Shown here: positions 1-7,320 of the stretch, piece after piece
Position numbering within the stretch: the first letter of the stretch is position 1
Layout of the letters: every line of letters begins with the position of its first letter
Source of the DNA: a virus
Taxonomy: Duplodnaviria; Caudoviricetes
Length of the DNA: 38,298 nucleotides
Strand: one strand, 5' to 3'
Virus record (IMG/VR): IMGVR_UViG_3300043039_000107
Span: 1-38,298 of that record
The notes under the pieces: generated by a model
What the model was told of the DNA's origin: nothing
Databases searched by the model: none
What the model saw: the letters and a program-made list of their open reading frames with translations, nothing else
Program-made: the position numbers and the translations under genes

Positions 1-51
1 CTCATATTGTGGATATAACATGTTTTCGTAATCAATAGTAACTTTTAACAT
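1..51 (-). CDS. hypothetical protein, 3'-truncated by window edge (MLKVTIDYENMLYPQYE...)
   Basis: GGAGG RBS just upstream of ATG at 51; frame open to position 1. Confidence 0.6.
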   Translation of the reverse strand, partial: MLKVTIDYENMLYPQYE

Positions 52-110
52 TATTCCTCCAAAAATCAAAAAAGCCGCCCTCTATAAACACCACCGCCCA
101 ATAAAAGTTA

Positions 111-203
111 TTAGTGGGTGTTACGGTGGTGTCGCTTAGGAGATGTTACGCCTTGATCTTCATCTTCTGTTGCAGGTTCAGAATTACCACTTTCACTACT
201 CAT
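111..203 (-). CDS. putative 30-aa peptide MSSESGNSEPATEDEDQGVTSPKRHHRNTH
   Basis: Hand-translated; GGAG 11 nt upstream of ATG; TAA at 111-113. Confidence 0.35.
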   Translation of the reverse strand: MSSESGNSEPATEDEDQGVTSPKRHHRNTH

Positions 204-274
204 AGTTCAATCCACTCCGTGACTATTAGTCAAATAAAAATACGTCAAATAGATCTGGCGTATTGGACCCTTGA

Positions 275-694
275 CTACAAACGACCGACTCGCCAAAGGT
301 CGAAACAATTCCAACAAAAGTCTAGTTCAACTATCCGTACTCGCCGCTTACCGCACCCTCCACATGTGCCGATATATTTATAATCGTAATTGAATGGCTC
401 CTGACTTTTGATAAATGTTGATAATGGTGCAATTTGCAATCCCCCGTGATTAATCTTAACCCTTTCCTGTAGGATAAGTTTAAATAAAGGCACAGTATAT
501 AGTAATTGAAAGTGAGCTACAGGGTCAATATGGTCTATCGAATATGCAAGTTTGATACAATCAATACATACGTTGCAATGATCTTTTAATGCGGCCAAGC
601 AACGTTCTCCTGATGGATTTGCACATAGCTTACAATGTGCATCATCAATAGCATTTCTCAATTCACGACCTTGTAGCTCAGTTGACCAATCCAT
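275..694 (-). CDS. Cys-rich putative zinc-binding hypothetical protein
   Basis: 139-aa ORF with several CxxC motifs; GGAG RBS. Confidence 0.7.
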   Translation of the reverse strand: MDWSTELQGRELRNAIDDAHCKLCANPSGERCLAALKDHCNVCIDCIKLAYSIDHIDPVAHFQLLYTVPLFKLILQERVKINHGGLQIAPLSTFIKSQEPFNYDYKYIGTCGGCGKRRVRIVELDFCWNCFDLWRVGRL

Positions 695-697
695 GCT

Positions 698-883
698 TTA
701 CTCCAGGTTAGTGTTAGGTTTAATAGATTCTAATTTAATTGCCAACCCTTTTAAACTGCTAGCTAACACCGGGTCATCCAGAAGGTATGGCTCGGTGGAT
801 AATAAAATTATTGAGTCTTTTACCTTCCTTTCTGCATCAGTGTCCGATAATTGTTTTACAGGTACATTTGTCCATTCAGCCAT
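698..883 (-). CDS. hypothetical protein (likely start MAEWTN)
   Basis: Within ORF 698..940; ATG at 883 overlaps the end of the upstream gene. Confidence 0.55.
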   Translation of the reverse strand: MAEWTNVPVKQLSDTDAERKVKDSIILLSTEPYLLDDPVLASSLKGLAIKLESIKPNTNLE

Positions 884-1082
884 TTGTGAGCCTTTTTGAA
901 GGTGTGCCCAGAGGGATATCTCGGTAATTATCTGTGGCACTGAAGTAAGTCGTCATTTCAGTTTCAGGGTCTGGCCAATCCTCGAAACCCTCATGAAGAG
1001 GGCACTGAAAACCAAAGGGACTTACTCTTTTGTGACTTAAGAAAGTCAGACCGCAATTTCGACATATCTGATTGTTCCTCAT
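876..1082 (-). CDS. small CxxC-containing hypothetical protein (likely start MRNNQIC)
   Basis: AAAGGAG RBS before ATG at 1082; CRNC...CPLH. Confidence 0.55.
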   Translation of the reverse strand: MRNNQICRNCGLTFLSHKRVSPFGFQCPLHEGFEDWPDPETEMTTYFSATDNYRDIPLGTPSKRLTNG

Positions 1083-1248
1083 TTTTAAACTCCTTTCTCT
1101 GAAGATCAAATTTAGCCTTATTGAAGTGCCACACAAGCTTATCTGTCGTATCTTTCTCTGCACACACAGGACCCATTCCCCTTTCAACTGATTCTTTCAC
1201 CCAAATACGATGATTACACCGATTACAACGAACGACTATCATCACCAT
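991..1248 (-). CDS. DUF6011-like zinc-finger protein
   Basis: CNRC...SVERGMGPVC pattern; TAAGGAGGT RBS. Confidence 0.65.
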   Translation of the reverse strand: MVMIVVRCNRCNHRIWVKESVERGMGPVCAEKDTTDKLVWHFNKAKFDLQRKEFKNEEQSDMSKLRSDFLKSQKSKSLWFSVPSS

Positions 1249-1281
1249 ACCTCCTTAAGTTGGCTGTTAAAATAATAACTG

Positions 1282-1842
1282 CTAGAGTGCTTGGCTATTA
1301 TCTATGAAAGCCTTAATTGCAGCAATTAGAAAATCTGCATGATTTCCATTGAGAACTACAGTTTTAGCTAGTGGTTGAAACTGCAATGTACCTAACTCTG
1401 AGCTATTGGCAAGAGATGTTAATTTAAGAATAAATTGTTTTACATCATCATGTGGTAATACATGCTCAAAACAATTTGCGTCTGTCCAAGTAATAAAAGG
1501 GCATACCGTGTTATTTTGATCAATCTCTTTTTTCGTAACAATTGTTAGAAGCTTTTCAAAAGGATTAATAGCAAAACTGTTTTCTGATTTAATTGTTTGT
1601 TTTACAAGTCGTGAACGAAATAATGGGGCAGTAGGTTTGACTAGTAGCAATGCTGTATTATACTTAAAAATAATATCATTAGGGCTTACGTCCATATCAC
1701 TATTTAAGAGAACCAAAGCTGATCTGGCCATCTTATTCCATGCAGAACATGTAGCTTTTTCAGGACGTTTCAAAGATGTTGCAATTAACCCAGATTTCCC
1801 AACTTGCATATAAATACCAGTGCTATCCACACAATACATCAA
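1282..1842 (-). CDS. hypothetical protein
   Basis: 186-aa ORF abutting neighbours; AGGAG RBS. Confidence 0.7.
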   Translation of the reverse strand: MMYCVDSTGIYMQVGKSGLIATSLKRPEKATCSAWNKMARSALVLLNSDMDVSPNDIIFKYNTALLLVKPTAPLFRSRLVKQTIKSENSFAINPFEKLLTIVTKKEIDQNNTVCPFITWTDANCFEHVLPHDDVKQFILKLTSLANSSELGTLQFQPLAKTVVLNGNHADFLIAAIKAFIDNSQAL

Positions 1843-2190
1843 TTATTCTCCTGCAATAAGATTAAAAACAGTTGTAATAATACTCGTAAAACGCTTGTGA
1901 TCTACATACTTTAAGATATAGGGCATCTTAACTTTCTCCATACATTCTGCGGGAACAACGATATTTTGATCACAAAGAATCTCTTTACAATCTGCTACTG
2001 TTTGCTCAGTGAAGCGTTGTAAATGTGCTGATAAAAACTCAGATAAAGCTAAAGGTTGAGGTTCAATCAACATAGAATCTTGAAAAATGGTACTATGAAC
2101 AAAGTTCTTTAATTCTTCAAGTCTTTCCATATATCGATTATTGAAATATTCTTCAAAGTTCTTTTGAATTTCTTCGATTGTATAATTCAC
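1843..2190 (-). CDS. hypothetical protein
   Basis: 115-aa ORF; GTG start overlaps upstream TAG. Confidence 0.7.
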   Translation of the reverse strand: MNYTIEEIQKNFEEYFNNRYMERLEELKNFVHSTIFQDSMLIEPQPLALSEFLSAHLQRFTEQTVADCKEILCDQNIVVPAECMEKVKMPYILKYVDHKRFTSIITTVFNLIAGE

Positions 2191-2645
2191 TATTTACCAC
2201 TTTCCTTTTTATAGAAAGTTGATCTTCTTTTAAGTCTACTTTGAAGTTTTTCTGGAAGCTGTTTATCTGGCGTTCCTGCAAAGTCTCGGAGTTGTTTTTC
2301 CGATAGTGTGATGTTATTAGGCAACTTTTTACCTTTTCTAAGTAGCCCTAAGAGGTATCCCATATAGCGACGTTGACGTTTTGATTTAGCAGGCATCTCA
2401 TCCTCTCTTTCATCCTCCTGTTTGAAAATATTTAAATTGCCATTATTACCAATATGATAAGGCCAACTCAGATAAACACCTTTTAATTCTTTTGCTTCTT
2501 TTACGCTTAGATCTGAAACTGCATATTTAATCGCATCACAGATATAATTTGAAGAACCGTGAAGAGCTAATGTACCAGCTATCATACCCCGTTCATTCTC
2601 AATAATAACCATATGAATATTACGAATAGACTGGGACATTGCCAA
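2190..2645 (-). CDS. hypothetical protein with C-terminal DUF3008-like basic domain
   Basis: MPAKSKRQRRYMG...LSEKQLRDFAGT...LPEK resembles the DUF3008 pattern; GAGGAG RBS. Confidence 0.65.
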   Translation of the reverse strand: MAMSQSIRNIHMVIIENERGMIAGTLALHGSSNYICDAIKYAVSDLSVKEAKELKGVYLSWPYHIGNNGNLNIFKQEDEREDEMPAKSKRQRRYMGYLLGLLRKGKKLPNNITLSEKQLRDFAGTPDKQLPEKLQSRLKRRSTFYKKESGK

Positions 2646-2649
2646 CTCC

Positions 2650-3042
2650 TCATTTCTCTAACTGTTCTATATATTCAACCAAGTTACCGCTGAGCATGTC
2701 AACACGCAGCGAGAATACAAAACTAGATAGGACAGCTAATTGAATTTGCCTGAACGTACTTAGCTTATTAAAGTCAACCAGCCAGGGTGTTTTCTTATGT
2801 TTAGCATTAAATGAACCATATGACCATCCTTGGCTTCGCTTTATATCACACCATAATTGGTGTAATTCATAAACACTTTTGCAAGGATTGGTGCGGTAAA
2901 ATATAAAGTCTTCCGCAAGTCTATGCTTAACTGCTTTATGAAGTTTAGCCCAGCTTGGACGCAAACATGGTTGATTATAAGCTTTGTTTAAGAGTACATC
3001 TACATCAAACATTAATTCTACAGCTTTACTGAAAGTAAGCAT
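2650..3042 (-). CDS. RyR-domain protein
   Basis: HQLW...QGWSYG...KKTPWLVDFNKLS matches the RyR repeat signature; AAAGGAG RBS. Confidence 0.7.
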   Translation of the reverse strand: MLTFSKAVELMFDVDVLLNKAYNQPCLRPSWAKLHKAVKHRLAEDFIFYRTNPCKSVYELHQLWCDIKRSQGWSYGSFNAKHKKTPWLVDFNKLSTFRQIQLAVLSSFVFSLRVDMLSGNLVEYIEQLEK

Positions 3043-3067
3043 AATACTCTCCTTTACTTAGAGTTGA

Positions 3068-3105
3068 TTTAAAAGCCCCTCTCAGAATATATCCAAGAGG
3101 GGCTT
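3068..3105 (-). terminator. intrinsic terminator-like hairpin
   Basis: 10-bp stem AAGCCCCTCT/AGAGGGGCTT ending in a short T run on the minus strand. Confidence 0.6.
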
Positions 3106-3250
3106 CGGGGAGTACAGCTTCTTTGCGTCGGAGGCTGTACAAGTCTTTTTGAATGACATACTTAGGTCATCAGAATATTGCTTACTAAAGAGTCAAGAAT
3201 GACATCTAGCTTCCATTTCTTGGAAATACTAAGCAATGGTTCTGACTCGT
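3106..3250 (-). ncRNA. candidate structured RNA or long structured 3' UTR
   Basis: Stems 3112-3121/3131-3140 and 3153-3157/3166-3170; long stem 3170-3184/3230-3245 enclosing two inner hairpins. Confidence 0.35.
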
Positions 3251-3256
3251 CAAGCT

Positions 3257-3829
3257 CTATTCAGCGGCAGCTTCCTTGGCGGCTTTCTCAGCAGCCTTTT
3301 GCGCGCGGTATGCAGCAAGTGCATCCAAAGCTTTCTGAGGCGGCTGACGCTTAGGTTTACCTGCTTTGTAAGCTTCAAGGATTTTATCTTTATTACTAAC
3401 AATCCATTCAGCCACTTCTCGGTTGCCTTCAGCTGCAGCTGCAATGCTGTCAACGGCAACTTTGGTCTTTTCTTCATCATCCATCCGTTTAACGGAAGGC
3501 CAACGGAAAGACTCTGCAATGGCTTCTGCATTATCCGCAACAAAGGCAAAGGCAGGGTTCTTTGCTTCCTTAATAGCTTCAAGAGCTTTGTCGAGTTTCT
3601 TACGGTCAGATTTGGTTACACGCTTGATAGTGCCAACATCAAAGGAGTTTTTGATGAGTTCATCATGATCAAGCAACCATTTAGCCAACTCAGCATCACC
3701 ATTGGTGAGTTCTTTCAAAGCATCAAGAATCTTAGGACGACGAAGATAGTCCGTAACTTCTGCTTTGGAGCTGAATTGTTTGTCGCAACCTTCTACCGTA
3801 AATACCTGCTGAATTTTCGGAGTTTCCAT
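3257..3829 (-). CDS. Lys/Ala-rich phage protein of unknown function
   Basis: 190-aa ORF preceded by AAAGGA and a repeated promoter motif, followed by a terminator. Confidence 0.85.
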   Translation of the reverse strand: METPKIQQVFTVEGCDKQFSSKAEVTDYLRRPKILDALKELTNGDAELAKWLLDHDELIKNSFDVGTIKRVTKSDRKKLDKALEAIKEAKNPAFAFVADNAEAIAESFRWPSVKRMDDEEKTKVAVDSIAAAAEGNREVAEWIVSNKDKILEAYKAGKPKRQPPQKALDALAAYRAQKAAEKAAKEAAAE

Positions 3830-3854
3830 GTGTGATATAATCCTTTGTTATTTT

Positions 3855-3870
3855 GGTAGAATATTCTACC
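3855..3870. promoter_or_regulatory. perfect 16-bp palindrome, candidate operator
   Basis: GGTAGAATATTCTACC is its own reverse complement and lies between promoter motif and RBS. Confidence 0.4.
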
Positions 3871-3896
3871 CGATGAAAAGTTGGTTACTTTCAAGA

Positions 3897-3916
3897 TTAA
3901 GGGTTAATTCAACGGG
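3897..3916 (-). promoter_or_regulatory. putative phage-RNAP promoter, motif A copy 1
   Basis: CCCGTTGAATTAACCCTTAA (minus); identical 20-mer at 17640-17659 and 17/18 match at 25083-25100; all intergenic and upstream of genes. Confidence 0.7.
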
Positions 3917-4161
3917 GTTGTCGGTGGTTGTAGAATCTTCACCCACCCCCTCTCAAAATTCAGCCAAGAACATGCCAGACTGGTCCGATGACAATGCTGC
4001 CTTGTGGCCCCTGAAAGATGGCCCTGGATGATCGTCGCGAGGGTTCTTGGGCGAATTTAGTGTAGCTTCTGTTTACATCTCAGATTTCTATATTACCTCC
4101 TTTTCTGGCTTATATAAAATTTCAGCCTTTTGAATAATACCTATTAGGTATCTCTCTATCT

Positions 4162-4186
4162 CATATAAGATACCCAAATCTTCGCA
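4162..4186 (-). promoter_or_regulatory. putative promoter, motif B copy 1
   Basis: TGCG-N9-GTATCTTATATG (minus); same ungapped motif at 24064-24088. Confidence 0.55.
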
Positions 4187-4248
4187 AACAGTTACTTCAA
4201 TTTCATTGATTATAATTGATATTACTTAGTTATTTAAATATTCTTACC

Positions 4249-4608
4249 TCATTCAAGGACTAAGATACAGCGGGTATCAAGATGATCATAATAATCTCGC
4301 AAGTTTTCCAGAGCTTTTTCACGAGTATTGTATGTTTTATCGTCTAAGATAATTTTATCACAGACATCTTTATAAATATTGATATAATGCTCTCTGAGCT
4401 GTTTAATACCTTTAATATTAACTTTTATACCTTTGAAGAATAATGTTTGATTTGCACCATTTACAAATTTACCATCCAATGTGTACCTTCTAACTTCAGC
4501 AAAACGTTCAAAGCGTATAGTAATACCGCCAGATGATATATTTTCAATTATGCCAGGACCAAACACCAAATCTTCAACTTCCATTCCTACAGTTGCTTTT
4601 TGAAACAT
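4249..4608 (-). CDS. hypothetical protein
   Basis: 119-aa ORF; AAGGAG RBS; TAATG coupling to the upstream frame. Confidence 0.75.
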   Translation of the reverse strand: MFQKATVGMEVEDLVFGPGIIENISSGGITIRFERFAEVRRYTLDGKFVNGANQTLFFKGIKVNIKGIKQLREHYINIYKDVCDKIILDDKTYNTREKALENLRDYYDHLDTRCILVLE

Positions 4609-4881
4609 TATTGAATCTCCTTGAAATCACTACATTCAGATACATCGACACGAAGCTGGTACCCCATCGATTGATTGAAATTAGTGGTAAGCCATACATC
4701 TCCCATTCGGCTTGCTCCGGTTATACGATACCGTTTGCCTTTATAGGTACAGAAGAGTTTATATTTTTTGGATTTGCTTTTTAAATTTCAAAATTAAGCG
4801 AGCCTCAAGACGTGCAAGTAATAGAAAGAACGAAGCATATTCATCTGTATCAGGATCGACTATAAACTCATCAACATGCAT
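4608..4881 (-). pseudogene. frameshifted phage gene (about 90 aa if one A is removed from the A6 run)
   Basis: MHVDEF...KKQIQK continues as YKLFCTYKGKRYRITGASRMGDVWL...EIQ* in the +1 frame at 4764-4769; RBS at start and TAATG coupling at end. Confidence 0.7.
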
Positions 4882-4883
4882 TT

Positions 4884-5231
4884 TTAATTCCTTTCAATAG
4901 AGTTAGTAATAAAGGGTTTCGTGGGTATAACTTCTTCTACTTGCCATTCAGCGGTTGCAATAATATCTTTAAAAAGCTTAAGTACAGTCGCCATTTTTGT
5001 TTGGCTACGATAGATCTCTAAAAAGAAATTCTTTTCATCTTCATTTAGGGTGGCAGATATAAATCGGCTACGAGTTTGTCTGATCGGAATAGGTGGTTTT
5101 TTAAGAAACCTTTGTAACCAATTCTGCTTCTTAGTTGTATTGATTGTTTCTACGATCCTAAATGAAACTTTAAACATTTGGCCATTCTTCGAAACATCTT
5201 TTTTCTTGCCATTTTTCATATTCATAGTCAT
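4884..5231 (-). CDS. hypothetical protein
   Basis: 115-aa ORF; TAAGGAG RBS. Confidence 0.65.
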   Translation of the reverse strand: MTMNMKNGKKKDVSKNGQMFKVSFRIVETINTTKKQNWLQRFLKKPPIPIRQTRSRFISATLNEDEKNFFLEIYRSQTKMATVLKLFKDIIATAEWQVEEVIPTKPFITNSIERN

Positions 5232-5460
5232 CTTGAGAACTCCTTAAGTCAGCATAAAGTTTATCATATAATTTTACCAGTAGGACTTCAGGGCTATAAT
5301 CTATTAATGTAAGACTATTACACTTGTCTTTAAAATAATCTGATATGAAAAAATCCACATTCCAAATATTTGTAATTGCATTAATGATTATACCGTCACA
5401 ATCTTTTTCATATTCAACATCATAATTTAAACCGTTTAGTTTAATTGTTGTCTCTGCCAT
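5170..5460 (-). CDS. hypothetical acidic protein
   Basis: 96-aa ORF overlapping neighbours. Confidence 0.65.
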   Translation of the reverse strand: MAETTIKLNGLNYDVEYEKDCDGIIINAITNIWNVDFFISDYFKDKCNSLTLIDYSPEVLLVKLYDKLYADLRSSQDDYEYEKWQEKRCFEEWPNV

Positions 5461-5917
5461 AAAATCCTAGCTCCATTCCTCCAACACGCTTGCCTGACTC
5501 CCAATTATCTTTGACTTTCTTTTTCCAAGCTCTACCCGCTAATTGTGGTTCTATGAATCGATTAAAATCTAACCACCAATCCGGAGCAAGTAACCAAGAA
5601 TAATCATCAGGCCCCTCTAAAGGGCTGAGTGGGACATTATTTGCTTTACTATCAGCTCTAGAATGGCCAATTACAAGATTCCACCCTGCTTCACCGAATA
5701 GGAATTTAGCAATTTTAGCTCCTAAGATAGCATGTCCTTTATTAGATTTATTTGAAAGATAATCTATTCCAATATATCCTATATCATGTAGAAGAATGCA
5801 AATAGTCTCCATGAAATTTGGATAGCTACCATATAGTACTTTCCAAGCCTTGAATACATAATACGAATGTACAATGCTATGACATCCAAATAACCAACTT
5901 TTAGTTCCTTCTTTCAT
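5441..5917 (-). CDS. HD-domain phosphohydrolase
   Basis: H...LLHDIGY...GHA...GHS...DD metal-ligand pattern. Confidence 0.7.
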   Translation of the reverse strand: MKEGTKSWLFGCHSIVHSYYVFKAWKVLYGSYPNFMETICILLHDIGYIGIDYLSNKSNKGHAILGAKIAKFLFGEAGWNLVIGHSRADSKANNVPLSPLEGPDDYSWLLAPDWWLDFNRFIEPQLAGRAWKKKVKDNWESGKRVGGMELGFYGRDNN

Positions 5918-5922
5918 GTTAT

Positions 5923-5960
5923 CTCCATTTTAAAGGCCCTTACTTTTACATAAGGGCCTT
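5923..5960 (-). terminator. hairpin with UGUAAAAG loop next to an RBS (copy 1)
   Basis: Stem 5933-5942/5951-5960; loop identical to the hairpin at 17003-17028. Confidence 0.55.
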
Positions 5961-5970
5961 GATTTACTAA

Positions 5971-6189
5971 TTAGAACAGTCTAGGACGTTTGATAGTATA
6001 CTTATACTTTGTATCATCTAAATGCTTTGCAAGTGAAGGTCTTGCGAGGGTATCACCTTTTGTGACACGAAGAGCGCAACGATGGTTATTATTTTTATGA
6101 TACTTTTTAAATGCTTCTACTTTACTCCTGGAATTTGAATTCATAAATGCACCGCAATGCTTACAATACCATCCATACTTATTTCCCAT
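5971..6189 (-). CDS. small basic C2H2-like zinc-finger protein
   Basis: CKHC...H...H; AGGAG RBS. Confidence 0.65.
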   Translation of the reverse strand: MGNKYGWYCKHCGAFMNSNSRSKVEAFKKYHKNNNHRCALRVTKGDTLARPSLAKHLDDTKYKYTIKRPRLF

Positions 6190-6313
6190 GATTTTGCTCC
6201 TGAGTAACTATGATATAATTATAAATATCAACATATATTGAGTGTGCACAATAAATACCCATAGCAAGACATGTCGCTATAATTATCACATTGTACAAAG
6301 TTCTTAATTTCAT
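6179..6313 (-). CDS. 44-aa membrane peptide
   Basis: MKLRTLYNVIIIATCLAMGIYCAHSIYV...; TGATG overlap with the nucleotidyltransferase stop. Confidence 0.55.
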   Translation of the reverse strand: MKLRTLYNVIIIATCLAMGIYCAHSIYVDIYNYIIVTQEQNHGK

Positions 6314-7317
6314 CAAATTTCCTCAAAGATAGAATCGATTAATTGAATAATGTAGGTGGTATCAATGATAGTCACATTGTCTGTACTCTGAATAGCCTCA
6401 AGCAGCTGAGTCATATATGCTTGATCAACACCTATGAGCTGTTCTTGAAAAACGTCTCTATCAGTGAGATCTATATCATTCAATTGCATAATGATTTTCA
6501 GCATTTGTCCGGCAGTAATTCGCCAGCCTCGCTTTATAAATTTACGAATACGAAAGAGCGAAGCGATTGGATACAAACTGCCCTTGTATATCAAAGTTTT
6601 CGACAGGATTGCTTCAACAGCTTCTTGTCGAAGCCCTAATACATTACCATGATAGTCAAAATAGTTCATGCAATGAACATAGTCATAGTTATCATGAATT
6701 TTATCAGGATTACCGAAGAATCGAATTACAATTTGAATGTTATCAGACAGGCTAATAGCATTTTCAGTAAGAAATACAGGACGATACATCGGTTTCTTCT
6801 GCTTCTTATCTTTTATCAATGCTTGAGCCATTTGTACAGGATCATTTCCGTCTAGATCTACACTGGATAAAGATTCAATAAAATCTTCAGTGTGTTCTTC
6901 AGGCAATGTTTCGAAATATCGATAATCTTCACCTTCCGCTTCTGACACAACTCCGGCACTTCTAATGTAGACTACTACTCGATCTTCATTTTCACCACGA
7001 ATATTTGTTCTTTGTGTCACTTGTACTACTGGTTTATAGTGTCTTTGTACACACTTTCCATCTGCCTCACGAAGTTCAATAAACTTCTTGGCATAATATT
7101 TTGCAATGGTAAGGGTAGCATCCATTGTCTTGAAGTACAAGTCATAGTCATTTGGTGATTCACCTTGCAATAGGTTACAAATTGCACCACCCGCAACTAT
7201 TACATTCTCGGCTGCAACCTTACGAACAGTTTCATCTTCGATACTTTTAAGCCAGTGATCAATTTTGTTACGGAGAATTTTACGGATAATAGGTTTTTTG
7301 ATTCCAGTCATTTTCAA
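6313..7317 (-). CDS. nucleotidyltransferase (poly(A) polymerase/CCA-adding head-like)
   Basis: IVAGGAICNLLQGESPNDYDLYF signature (GG...DxD); later YDYVHC resembles the DFT motif. Confidence 0.75.
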   Translation of the reverse strand: MKMTGIKKPIIRKILRNKIDHWLKSIEDETVRKVAAENVIVAGGAICNLLQGESPNDYDLYFKTMDATLTIAKYYAKKFIELREADGKCVQRHYKPVVQVTQRTNIRGENEDRVVVYIRSAGVVSEAEGEDYRYFETLPEEHTEDFIESLSSVDLDGNDPVQMAQALIKDKKQKKPMYRPVFLTENAISLSDNIQIVIRFFGNPDKIHDNYDYVHCMNYFDYHGNVLGLRQEAVEAILSKTLIYKGSLYPIASLFRIRKFIKRGWRITAGQMLKIIMQLNDIDLTDRDVFQEQLIGVDQAYMTQLLEAIQSTDNVTIIDTTYIIQLIDSIFEEI

Positions 7318-7320
7318 TCC

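Noticed and set aside
3140-3175. CUGAUGA on the minus strand, suggesting a hammerhead ribozyme
   Set aside because: No GAAA after a stem II, so the catalytic core is incomplete.
3236-3835. 199-aa plus-strand ORF and 110-aa alternate-frame ORF over the 190-aa gene
   Set aside because: Shadow frames of a codon-biased gene; no RBS or recognisable protein features.
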